Below are positions 40,263 to 51,992 of a stretch of 64,000 bases of DNA, one piece after another; the stretch's first letter is position 1; the number at the start of each line of letters is the position of its first letter. Position numbers and translations under genes: made by a program. The stretch is taken from assembly GCA_000388065.2 (NCBI GenBank), contig KB932205.1; one strand, 5' to 3'. Source of the stretch: Fonticula alba ATCC 38817. Lineage: Eukaryota; Protista; Nucleariida. The notes beneath the pieces were generated by a model. That model was not told the origin of the DNA, searched no databases, and saw only the letters and a list, made by a program, of their open reading frames with translations.

Positions 40263-41125
40263 GGTGTCCTTGTGTTTGGCGCGTGTGCTTGTGCATTTTC
40301 CTTTTCACACAATCCCCTCATGCACATGGGCTGGTGTGGGGGGCCAGGGAGGAGGCGGAGGCAGACGCTGCCTCGCTCCTGTTTGGGGGGTTCTCCCCCA
40401 TTTGCCCAGGTGCATGTGCCCTCCCTGCGTCCTTTCACCTTGGGCCTCCGCCTTCCCCCCCTCGCCCCCTCGCCCTCTCTTGACGCCGCACATGCCCAGG
40501 CCGGCGAAGCCCCTCCCCCCCCCCCCCCCAAAAGCCCCTAAATACAGAGACAAACACTCAACCCCAGGGGGCGTTCTCCCCTGTCTGTCCTTGCCCCTCG
40601 CTCTCCTTTGCGCGTTTGCGTGTGTAGATCGGAGAAGTCGGGAGATGCGCATGGATGTGGCCACATGCGCGCATGCAAAACTCGCAAAAGCGCAGACACA
40701 AACAGGCGGCGCATGTACAAGTGCTGTATATTTGTGTGTTGGGAGAGAGGGGGAGTTCTTCTCCGGGAAGGTGGCGGGGAAAAGGGGCAGAGACGGTGCT
40801 CTGCGCAACGGATTCCTCCCGCCCGGGCGCCACCGCTGGTCGCATGGATCTGAAGGTGGGCACGCACGCACGCACGCACGCACGCGCGTGTGAGTGTGTA
40901 TGTGGGGTATATATAGATGTGTATGTGTGTGTGTGTGTGTCGGGGCGCGCACGCGCGTCCACCGCGGAGGGAGGGGAAGAAAGGGGGTCCCACCCGCCCT
41001 CTCGCTCTATCGTGCTCGGTGTCACCGCCACCATGGCCACCGCCGGAATGGGGGAGCCGCAGCACCGGCGGTGTGCCAGCCGGGCAGGCGGAGGTGAAGG
41101 AGGGGGAGCATGAAACACGCCGCAC

Positions 41126-42220
41126 TTACTTGCGGTACCACATGTTGACAATGCGATGGCGGCGCATCTTCTTCTGGAGCTGAAGGAAGGAGTAGAGCAG
41201 GGCCTCGGCGGTGGGCGGGCAGCCGGGGACGTAGATGTCCACGGGGATAATGCGGTCGCAGCCGCGCACAACGGCATACGAGTAGTGGTAGTAGCCACCA
41301 CCGTTGGCGCAAGAGCCCATAGAAATGACCCACTTGGGCTCGGGCTAGGGGGCAAAAAAGGGAAAGGACCATGCGCGAGCGGGCGGGCACATGGCACTGT
41401 GAGTGGGGGCAGGCAGGCACGCGCGCGGAGGCAAAGTGGCACAGAGCAGGACAGGAGCAAACGCGAGGACGCACCATCTGCTCGTAGACACGGCGCAGGG
41501 CGGGAGCCATCTTGTTGGTCAGGGTACCGGCAACAATCATGATATCGGCCTGACGGGGGGTGGCACGGAAGACAACACCAAAGCGATCCTGATCGTAGCG
41601 AGCGGCGGCCTGTGCGTGCAGGGTGGTAGGTAGAGGGACAGCAAGAGCGACCGGGGGAAAGGGCGAGCACGGGGGGGGNNNNNNNNNNNNNNNNNNNNNN
41701 NNNNNNNNNNNNNNNNNNNNNNNNNNNNNNNNNNNNNNNNNNNNNNNNNNNNNNNNNNNNNNNNNNNNNNNNNNNNNNNNNNNNNNNNNNNNNNNNNNNN
41801 NNNNNNNNNNNNNNNNNNNNNNNNNNNNNNNNNNNNNNNNNNNNNNNNNNNNNNNNNNNNNNNNNNNNNNNNNNNNNNNNNNNNNNNNNNNNNNNNNNNN
41901 NNNNNNNNNNNNNNNNNNNNNNNNNNNNNNNNNNNNNNNNNNNNNNNNNNNNNNNNNNNNNNNNNNNNNNNNNNNNNNNNNNNNNNNNNNNNNNNNNNGG
42001 GGGGATTCGCCCGTGAGGGAGAGCTGGGCATAGGGGTGAATGCGTACGCCTGAGTGACGGCCTTGAGGAGGGCGCCCCGGTTGGCGGCTGGCGGGGAGCA
42101 GGGAGGTGCGCAAGGGAGGTCATAGGTCAGAGACGAAGAGGAGGCAAGAAGGCCCCCAGATGTACACAGGGGAGGGAGCGAGGATCACATACTGGCAGTG
42201 GAGCGGTAAAGGCTCAGCAT
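41126..42220 (-). CDS. NDUFS7: Complex I Fe-S subunit PSST/NDUFS7; middle exon(s) lost in gap 41679-41998
   Basis: [44 protein letters not shown]|[51 protein letters not shown]. Presequence-like start MLSLYRSTA|[14 protein letters not shown] at 42220. The CCAVEM exon is presumably in the gap. Confidence 0.93.
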
Positions 42221-44176
42221 GGTGGAAATGAGAAGGAAGTTCCGCAGATCTGAGGGGTATGGTTATGGGGTCAGTGGCCAGGCGCGTGCGCGAACATGAG
42301 CGGGGTGGGGGATGGAGGGGGGGGGGGAGGGAGTGCAGCGGTCAGGGGAGGACACTGTCGCCAGGGGGCTTTAGTGTGCACGCGCGCGCGTGCGCGTGCG
42401 CGTATATGTGTATATGTGTCTAGCCCACGCCGTCGTAGTCCAGGGACGTGAGACACACACACACACACACACACACACGCACGCACGCCGGTGGGTGTCT
42501 GGGGCAAACCCCGCGCGGGCGTCGGGCGGCGCGGGCCATCCACGTCAGATCTGGCGTCTCTGCCCTGTCGGCAAGGGGCGGAGGAAAGCAGAGGGGGCGC
42601 AGAATCACGGCCCGGCGGGTGGAGCGGCCGCGCGCGAAATGCCAGGGCGAGAGGGGCGGGGAGAGGGCGGATGTGTGCGAGATGAGGAGAGGCAGGAATG
42701 GGAAAGGGGGAGGAGGGGGGGGGGGAATGAACCTCGGGGAGGGGAGGCGGGAATCCGGTCTGCTTGGAGTCAGGGCCTCACCCGAGACAGGGGCGTGTGT
42801 TTTCTGTGGACGTGACGAACGGAGGGGGGGGGGGAGGCTACCGTGCGGGGAGGGCCACCCGGCCGGGCCCCGTCGGTTGTTGCCAAGCCCCTCTCGCACA
42901 ACACCCGTTTACGCGGGGCGCGCACACGCCGTCGCTGGACTTGCAGCCCCCCCCCACCCTCTCCAGCACGGGTCCCAGCGCGCGCGCGCGCGCGCGCCGG
43001 CCTCGCAGGGTCAGAGACCAGCAGCGTGCGGGGCGTGCCTGTCCCTCTGACTGGTGGGCTGGGCGTCGTTCCCCTCGCGCTCGCGCTCGCGCTTGCGCCC
43101 GCCCTGTCCGTGTGCGCGCGTGCGCGGAGGATGCGCGCCTGCCTCCGCCGCCACCGGGCGCTGGGACGTGGATGGGGCCTCTTTTGGGGGCATCCGTGTG
43201 CAACAGCCCCGGCCCCGGGCAGCCCCTTCTCTCCCTGGCCGGGGACATTTAGAATTACACCAGAGGTAGACCCAAGCGTCATGACGGCCCGGACGGGCTC
43301 GGGAGCTGCGCGCCCTACGCGCCTCACCCGCTCCGCAAGAGGGCAGGTGTTGCCGCTGACATTCGGCGTGTGCGCGTACGCAGCCCTCCCCTCGCCCCGC
43401 CCCCCTCTCCCCCCCCCCATCTGTCCCCGCCCCCCGGTTCCCTTCCCCAGTCTGCCGACGGAGACACCGCCCCCGCTCGTAAGGCGAGGGGGCGGCGGCC
43501 GGGGCACACTGGGAGGTACATCGGCCAGTTCTTGTCGGCCGAGGGTATTCTCGCCGAGACCACAGAACACAACACCATTCCCCGGAAGACATACGCACGC
43601 CCGGGACCTTCACATGATCCTTCATGGGTTGGTAGAAGCCCATATGCCACCGCTCCCGCCCCCGGCCTCTGGGCCGCCGGGCATTTTCTCTCGCCCTTGC
43701 CCCCCAGCCGGGGCCAGACAGAGGAACGCCGCCCCGGCCTCCGGGTCCCTGCAGGCAAGCATCTTGTTGTGGAAAAGCCCTCTTCCCCCCCCCCCCCCAC
43801 CCCTGAGCGGCCTCGGAACTCGCCCGGCCCCTCCCACACAGGGGGCGCGGGTGTCAGGCACTCTGGCGACCGATGGCCAACTCGATCGGAGCCCGGGGTG
43901 GGGGAGGGGACTCTCTTTCTGTCTGTCTGTCTGTCTGTCTCTCCCCCCCCCCCTCCGAGGCTTGGCCACCCTCGCGATCTCACACTTGTCTGCTGGCGGG
44001 CCCCGTCCCCGCCTGGACCCCCGGCGCTCGGCCTCCTCCTCCTCCTGCCCCTCCCCATCGCCCTCTCATCTGCTGCCCCTTGCCCCCCGTATCTCTCCTC
44101 CTCCACGCGCGCCCCTCCCCCCTCGTCCCGCCACCGCCTCTTGTTTTCCGCTTCTGCCCCCTCCCCCCCGCCTGCC

Positions 44177-44913
44177 ATGTCGGCTGCGACACACCAGGCC
44201 GGCGGTCCCGCCCTGCAGGACCCGGCCGAGCTGTTGCGCTTCGCACGAAAGTCCGTTGCCTGCCTGACGCCGCCAACAGCAGCGGCGGCGGCCGCCGCCT
44301 TCGGATCGGCGGCTGCCACGCCCAACTTATCGGCCGAGGGAGCCAGCACCCACAGCCTGAGTTTGACGCTCTCCGGGGTGGCTGTTCTCCGTTTGTCCAT
44401 GGGCCAAGTGCTCGCGGTGCGAGCGTCCCCCCTTCGCCTCTCGGCCTCCCCTTGCCCGCTGTGAGTGGGCCGCTTGGACCCGCGCGCCTGACCTGCTCTT
44501 CTCTGTTCCCTCCCCTCCCTTTCCCGGATCCCCCCTCCCAGTGTGATGGGGAGCTCGCTGACGTCAACCTCCTCCAGGCGGTGGTGCCCCACCTTCTGGC
44601 CCTGGCGCGGGATGTGTCTTGCGCGCTTGACCGTGCGCCGGGCAACCCGGCCGACGCTCTTACACCCCCCTCGCCCGGTGGTGGTGGTGGTGGTGGCGGT
44701 GCTGCAGTGGCCCCTCCCACCAGCGACGGTTTCCGCGGCTTTTCCGGTACCAGCTCCTCCCGCGTGTCCCCATCCCTCGCCCCGTCTCACAGGTCATTGA
44801 CCATAAGTCCCCTCATCTGGACAGTCACATTCGGCCCATCACGCATCGCGGTCTCGCCACTGGACCCATCACAACCGGATACCGTGGCAGTGGCGCTCTT
44901 CAGGAAGGTGTAG
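44177..44913 (+). CDS. Roadblock/LAMTOR-fold protein (LAMTOR4-like), ~203 aa, 2 exons
   Basis: Exons 44177-44416 and 44542-44913 join in phase 0. GVAVLRLSMGQVLA-CDGEL...helix...FRG...TVTFGPSRIAVSPL...VAVALF follows the roadblock helix/strand pattern and resembles LAMTOR4 GYLVLSEGAVLASSGDL...FKRLSVVFGEHTLLVTV. Confidence 0.5.
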
Positions 44914-45196
44914 CCAGGCGTATGCGTGCCTCTCTCTTTCTCGTCTGCTGGCCTTTCCCCAGTCTGCGCCCTTCTTCCTCTCCTCCCTCTTTTCTCTTCA
45001 AGTTCATAATAAAGATAAGTTTTTCTTTTCAACAAAGCTCCCGGCGGCCCTGCTTTTTTCTCTTGGCCTCCCCTTCCCCCCCCACATCTCTCTACCCTCC
45101 TCCGGGGCAAACACACACCAGCCCATAAATGTCATTCACATGTATTTGCCTCCCATGCGAGACGAGCTTCCCGACGTGGGGGCGTCACCGTGCGGC

Positions 45197-46751
45197 CTAC
45201 GGCTGTCCCGCCGGGCCCGGCCGCGCGGAGTCCCCCCCCTGGGGATCGTGCTGCTGCGGGGGCATCGCTGGGGGCGAGCCACCATGCGGCATGTGCGGCG
45301 GCATATGGTGGGGACCCGGCGCCGGTGGCGACATGTGGTGCGGGGGCGACATGAAGTTGACCGGCGGCCCAAGAGGCAGGGCCAGAGGCGGCATCATGGG
45401 CATGCCATGCATGCCGAGCATGGGATGCTGCATTGGCGCGCCCATCGGCGGCAGTCCCTGGTGCGACGCGAGGTAATGAGGGTGCTGCATGGGAAGCTGC
45501 ATGTAGGGCATTTGCGGCGGCGGCGGCTGCTGCGGCTGCTGCTGCTGCTGCTGCTGCGACTGCGGCTGCTTCACCGGGGGCCCCTGATGCCGAGGCTGCT
45601 TGGAGGGGGGAGCACCACGGGGACCACGGGAGCCCCCGCGGCCTGTGGCGGCATCCGGCCGGCCGGCATCCGAGGTAGGCTTGCGCTTGCGGGCCTGGCG
45701 CGCGGCCTGCTCCTCTTCATCATCGGAGAAGGCCGCTTGCGAGGGGTCGATCTCCTCATCGTGGATGTTGGAGGCGTCGGAGCCACGCTCCAGGCGCGAG
45801 GTCATCATCTCATGCAGCCGCTCGGCCGAGATGGTGTTGCAGTCCGGCGTTTGGGCCAGACGCACCTCGGCATTGACGTCCAGCAGCGGCCGGTGGTGCT
45901 CGACCGCCTGACGCAGCTGGGCATCCGTGCCAAAGCGCAGCAGATAGAATGGCCGGAAGACCGGGCCCATGGTCTCGAACACGGAGCCCAGGCTGATGTC
46001 CGGACCGCCGTCCGCCGGGCGCACGCACAAAATCGACCCGTCGGCCACGATGGGAGGGCCGCCGGCCGTGGTGTCCTGCGCGGCCTGCACCACCAGCATG
46101 CCATCTGGCGCGTGGCTGAACACCTTGCCCAGCGGGATGGAGCTCACACCCTCCGGCAGAGGAGACAGCAGCTGGTCCTTGTCCAGGGGAAGGGTCTGAA
46201 TTGGTCGGTGTTTCCGCCCCATCCCCGGGCCAGGGCACATTGGAGGTCAGTGGAATGCCCCAGAAATGCCGAGTGCGACCCGACAGGGCATGCCCGGGAG
46301 TGGGCCAAAGTAAATGGCGACAACAGGGGGCAGGGTGGTCAGGTACGGACCCGGACGTCCAGCTCGTTGCGCGTGGCCACGCGGTGCCCAATGGCAGCCG
46401 AGCCACCGCCAATCTCGTCATCCTCCTCGGCGCCACTGTCAAAGGCATACTCCAGCTCAAGGTCCGACCCGGAGTCGGAGCTGGAGTCAGAGCTGGCCCC
46501 GACATCGGAGTCGCTGCCCAGGCCGCTGTTTGCCCATGCCAGAGTGTTAAAGGGGCAGTTCCTCAAAAGAAGCAAGAAGTGGAATATGTCCAGTGCTAGC
46601 AACGGCAGCAGCAGCAGCAGAAATCAAGACGCAGGGGAATGGAGAGAATGGCAGACGCACGCATCGGCGACCGGCATTCGCATAAAAGTGCTGGTCGAGC
46701 CTCCAGGCGGGGCAGGCTCGGACAAGGCAGGGGGCGCCGGCGAGGTGTCAT

Positions 46752-46786
<35 letters not shown>

Positions 46787-47292
46787 ACAGACTCAGAGGG
46801 AGCCGGAGCCGGAGCCTCGACCGTGGCTGGCTCCCCGGTGCCCGAGATGAGGGAATTCGCGGCTGTCGACGTCTCGTGCTGGGCAATCACCGGGGACGCA
46901 GTCTCCTCCTCGGCATTCCCAGCTGCAGTGAGGTCAGCATTTGGCTCGGGAGCAGATTCAGTGGCAGGCTCGGGAGCGGTTCCAGGCACAGACTGGGAGA
47001 GCAGCTCAGAGGTTGGCTCAGCAGTGGGCTCGACGGCAGTCTCGGCAACAGGCTCGACGGCAGGCTCGACGGCAGGCTCGACGGCAGGCTCGACGGCAGG
47101 CTCGACGGCAGGCTCGACAGTATGTTCGGCAACCGGCTCAGCAACCGGCTCAGCAACCGGCTCAGCAACCGGCTCGGCAGCCGACGCAGCGGAGTCCCCT
47201 GTAGGATTACCAGCAGAGACACTCAAAGCGGCAGCATGAGCAGAGTCCGCCTGGTCGCTGGAAGGTGACATTTGGAGATTTATGTTGGTCAT
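45197..47292 (-). CDS. NAF1: H/ACA snoRNP assembly factor NAF1; 3 exons, ~601 aa
   Basis: Exons 47292-46661, 46525-46351, 46195-45197. SD/E-rich N-terminus, TRNE motif, Gar1-like core (LGSVFETMGPVFRPFYLLRF), RGSDASNIHDEE...FSDDEEEQ, and a Q/P/M/H-rich tail. Confidence 0.9.
47051..47182 (-). repeat. Coding 12-bp minisatellite in NAF1 exon 1 (EPVA/EPAV tetrapeptides)
   Basis: GGCTCGACGGCA x5 plus a variant, followed by GGCTCAGCAACC-type units. Confidence 0.9.
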
Positions 47293-48613
47293 AATCTTGC
47301 GCCACGAGGAAAAAGAGAGGCAGGGCCGAGGGGGGGGGGGAGGAGAAGGAGAAACAGGAAGAGAAGAGAGATCGGGGGGTGCGCCTCCCCGGGCCTGAGG
47401 GGCCAAGTGCACAATCTCTCTGCCCCTTAAAGCCCGAGCAGCCTGTGTGGGCTCATGCGCTCAGGGCTTCTCCGATCAGGCGCACGGCGGACCACGGCCG
47501 GGCCTGGAGCCGGAGAGGCGGCAGGCGAGCCTGGCTCCGGTCGTGTGTGGCTTTCTGCGTGCATACAGGGCAGGGACAGGGAATCTGCGCCTCGTGTCAC
47601 CCCCGCCAGCCGGCGATCTCACCCGTGGTCGCCGTAGATCGGCCCAGGCAAGCCACCAGCACGACCAGAGAGCCCCGGCCGCGTGTGTTTCCTCCTTCCG
47701 GCTGGGAGCCAGCGCGTCCGGTCCGAATGCCAACCCACGGGGATGTCACGAGCACATTCCAGAGGGCACGGGATCGGTGTCACATTTATCCCGGGTGAGG
47801 TGCCCCTCGCCAATCGCGGGGCAAACATTGTCGTCCTCTCGTCGGCGTGTGGGTATCTCTCACCTCTTGCCCCTCCCCCCCCCCCCCCATCCACACTCTC
47901 AGGGGCAATTGTTTGTGCCGTCTAGTCTCGGGGGCTGGGGTGGCAATCCCGGGCGGCGAGTGCGCGCGCGCGCGCCGCGACCACCAGTGCTGTACTGCCG
48001 GACGTTTGGTCCTCCTTCCCCGTCTAGACACCAGCGCCGATCCTCGGACCCCCCGCGTCGGGGCTTACGTGCCAGTGGTCGAGACGGGCCACACTCGGGC
48101 CCCGGCGGGTATTTCCCGTCCCGTTGGCTCGGGGAGTCAGACCTGGTGCGCGAGGACGCGCACACTTTTTCGATTCGCACATTCTGGGATGTTCCAAGCG
48201 GTAGATGTGAACATCATCGTCGGCGGGGGCCGATCAACTACCACATCGTGTGGCGTTGCCCCTGTTGCCTGGGACGACCGCGGTCGGGGGGGGGGGGGGG
48301 GTGACGTTTCTCTTGGTGGCCCCGCGGCCCGTGGTCCCATTCGCGGCCAGATGCCTCGCCCCCTCTCTCCGAAAGGCAAAGGCACACCAGGGGGGCCCCA
48401 TCCCTTGCTGACCTCATCGCCGCCGGCCGGATCTTGCCCCGGGGCAATGGGCCCGGTGTCCGGGCGTGCTACTTGAAGGACCGCACCGCTGGCGTGCCGA
48501 TTCCCAGGCCGAGCCAGATCCCCCCCTCCATCATTTCACCCCGACCCATCTTCCTTGCTGTTCCCTCTGCCCATCTCTTTCCCTCCCTCCCCTCCCACCA
48601 GGCCCAACACACC

Positions 48614-51600
48614 ATGTCCAACGGTTCGTCACGACCCGCGCCCCCCCGAAAGCAATGCCGCTTCCCCGCCTCTTACCCCTTCCCCCCTGCCGTCCCCCTC
48701 TCGCCCGTGGCCGGCACACAGACCAGACCCCCGCGGAGAAGCGCGCCGCCGAGCGCCTCGAGCGCCACAAGGAGATGACCTCCAAGTCTGAGGCGCTGGT
48801 GGCCCTGCTGAAGCAGGGCGCCGAATCGGCGGCTGCCCTTCGCGCCGTGACTCAGGCCATCCAGGCGTTTGACCTGAAGACCGAGTTTGATCGGCAGACG
48901 GCCGTCGACAACCACATCCTGGAGCCGCTGCTCGGGCAGATCGCGGCCGGCGCCGCGGCCCTGAAGGCCGCCGTCAGCGAGGCCGCCTCGAAGACGCCCC
49001 TCGAGGCCCAGGAGGCCGTCGATCCGGCCACCGTGGCCGATGGGGCCGACATCTCCGCGATCCTGCTCGCTGGGTATCTGGACGTGCTGCTGGGCTTCCT
49101 GTCCGATCTCCTGCGCTCCGGTGCGTCCAAGGTGACACGCGCATGCACATGCACGCGGCCCCACATGTGTGCTAACTCGCTGGATCCCGGTGCGCCCCCC
49201 CCNNNNNNNNNNNNNNNNNNNNNNNNNNNNNNNNNNNNNNNCCCTGCGCGCGCGCGGGCCACCACACCCACCAAACGCAGAGTTCACCCGTAAGACCATC
49301 ACCCCGATGGCGCCGCGCCTGCTCGACGCGATTGCCGTGCTGGTGGCCATCCCGGTGGACTTCGAGTCTCTCTCGGCCTGGGGTCAGGCCCTGATCAAGC
49401 TCTGCGTCCGGTCCATGAACACCGTTTCCAACCTCTGCTACGAGCATGGTGCGCACCCCGCCGGGGTCCTGGGCCTCTGTCACATCTGCTCGGTCCTCTG
49501 CTGGCCCGGTTCCGCCGCCCCGCCCCGCCCCGCCCCCGCCCCCGCCCCCGCCCCCGCCCCCCCTCCCCCCCTTCTCACACCGCTCCCCCTCTCCCATGTG
49601 TCGTCGCTGGCCCCCACAGACGACCACGGTGCCCTGGTGTCCGAGGTGCCCGGCTTCCTGGAGCGCCTGTACAAGATTCTGGCCCTGTCGCCGGGGTACT
49701 TCGGCCAGCATCAGACCCTGCGCGCGCCGCTGCTCGGTGGGGCCTGCTCGGTCCTGGCCAACATGCTCTTTGCCGATGAGGCGCTGCAGGCGCGTCTGGT
49801 CGGCCAGGCCGGGGCCGCCCCCCTGTCGGCGGACCTGCCGACCAACATCTTCCCTCTGCTGCTGGAGCACCTCCGCCATGCGACCAGCACCTCGTTGAAT
49901 GCCATCAGCACGGTCATCCAGAATCTGCTGGAGACCGATGAGGGGGCGGCCGCCTTCCTGGAAGCCGGCGGCCTGGAGGCCGCCATCGACATGGCCACCG
50001 GGTCGCTGGACCGGGCCAAGGCCGCCACCGAGGCCGACCAGCGTGCCGAGCTGCTGAGCATGGCCGAGCTGGCCTTCGGCTCGCTGGCGGCCCTGGTGTC
50101 GGATGAGCGCTTCCACCGGCCGGTGTACCAGCGCGGCCTGGTTGACCGCATGGTCCGGGTCATCGAGGACCCGGAGCTGGAGCATGTCATCATCAAGCGC
50201 AGCATCGCCAAGACCGTGGCCATCATCCTGTCCAACGACGAGAACATGCGGTCCATGTTCGAGGAGCGCAGCCTCGACCGGTTCTCCCGGTGGATCGAGG
50301 GCAGCACCGACATCGAGGTCAAGGCGTATGCCACCTTCTGTGTGTCGAATCTGGCGCGGAGTGGTATGTGCACGCGAGCATGCCTGTGTTTGTTGGTTTA
50401 TTTGTCTGCTTCTCTCTCTCTGTCTCTGTTTCCCTTCCTTGGTCTCCCTTTCTTCCTCTCTCTCTCTCCCTCCCTCCCTCCCTCTCTCTCTCTCTCTCTC
50501 CCTCCCTCCCTCCTCTCTCCATCTCTCTCCCTCCCTCCACTCAATCAACTCCGTGCATTAACCTCGCCATCTCGCCCACGTGGGAAAATGTATACACCCT
50601 CGCAGATGACTACGCCTCGGCCGTCATGGCGCACGATGGCCTGATTCGCACGGTGTTCAGCTTCCTGCGCGCCGATCTGGCCCTCGATGCCAGTGGCAAC
50701 TACAACACCCTGCCCGGGGTGGCGGAGCTGGCCGAGGCGGCCCGGCGCCAGGCCGAGGCCCGGCAGTCCGAGGACCCGGAGCTGGCCGAGGCTGAGGCCA
50801 ACCTGACTGCCACGCGTCTGGTCTCGGCAGCGCTCAGCATCTTCCGCAACATCGTCCTCCTGCCGGAGAACAAGGCCAAGCTCCGCCGCTGCCTGCGTCC
50901 GGAGTCGGGCACCGCCGCTGCCGAGGCCCCGACGACCGACTGTGGGGATCTCCTGCGAGAGCTCCTTCGGCTGGTGGTGCACTCCCAGTCGACGGTGAGC
51001 TTTGTGTCGGTCATCATCTTGAAGAACATGCTGGTGGGCAATGGTATGCGGTTTTCCACCCCCCCCCCCCTCTCTCTCTCTCCCCTTGCCCTCCCCCCTC
51101 TTTCCCTCGTCCCACACACCATGAGCCTCACGAAGCTTTCTCTAACATCCCCCTCTTCTCCGAGCGCAGAGGAGAATGGCCTTTGGTTCGTCGGCAAAAC
51201 CGAGAACGCCGACGGCGTCCGGGCTGATGTCGATGCCATTGCTCTGCTGCAGCGCCTGCGCGAGAGCAAGCACGACGGCATCCGCACCGAGGCCGCCCGT
51301 ATCCTGGTGGTCCTCAGCCGCCTGGGCAACCCCGACATCGCGGAGTACATCTTCGGCCCGGCCACCGACACCACCGACATCAACCCACCCACCTACGGGT
51401 ACCCCCTGTTTGCGGAGATCGCCAGCTCGCCGCACAGCATCATCCGCTCCGAGGCGCTGGAGGTGATTGAGATGATCAACAAGTCCGGTGGTGCGTCCCG
51501 GCCCTGTCTTTCGGCCCTGTCTTTCGCCCCCCCCCCCCCCCCCCNNNNNNNNNNNNNNNNNNNNCCCCCCCCCCCCCCCCACTCGCTCCACATGCATACC

Positions 51601-51992
51601 CCCCGCGCTTCCTGCGCCTCCTTCGCACCTTTTTTCCTTCGTGTGGCATTCTTTCCCACTGACTGACCGTTTTCCCTGTTGCCGCCCTCCGGCTCGCGGC
51701 CCCTCACATCTCGCACCCCCCCCCACTTATAGTTGTCGCTCATGCGGCCCGCATGCGTGACACCCTGCTGGCCACCGAGCCGCAGGCGGCCTCCTCCGCC
51801 TCGGCCCACATCCTCCAGTCGTCCCTCCCCCAGGTGGATCCCAGTGACGGGAAGGGCTGCGTCGGCTTGCTGTCCAAGTCCTCACTGCTGCATCTGGTGC
51901 CTGGCACGGCCGGCCCCACTGGCGGGGCCTTCACCGAGACCCCGGGCGCCCCGATTGTTGATGCCATGCTGAAGCTGGCCGCCGGCAAGTAG
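48614..51992 (+). CDS. RAP1GDS1: SmgGDS/RAP1GDS1-like armadillo-repeat regulator of small GTPases; 7 exons, ~779 aa
   Basis: Exons 48614-48623, 48722-49120, 49281-49448, 49620-50363, 50606-51043, 51170-51490, 51733-51992. Collinear motif matches: SNLCYEH, SNLARSDDY, SAALSIFRNIVLLPENKAKL, KHDGIRTEAARIL, SPHSIIRSEAL. Confidence 0.85.

Noticed and set aside
44747-44792. Possible extra mini-intron in the LAMTOR-like gene
   Set aside because: Removing it shifts the frame to an immediate stop; read-through is in frame.
45140-47239. 699-aa plus-strand ORF
   Set aside because: Antisense shadow of NAF1; the same applies to 54921-57242, 14424-15635, 49172-50548 and 63055-63870.
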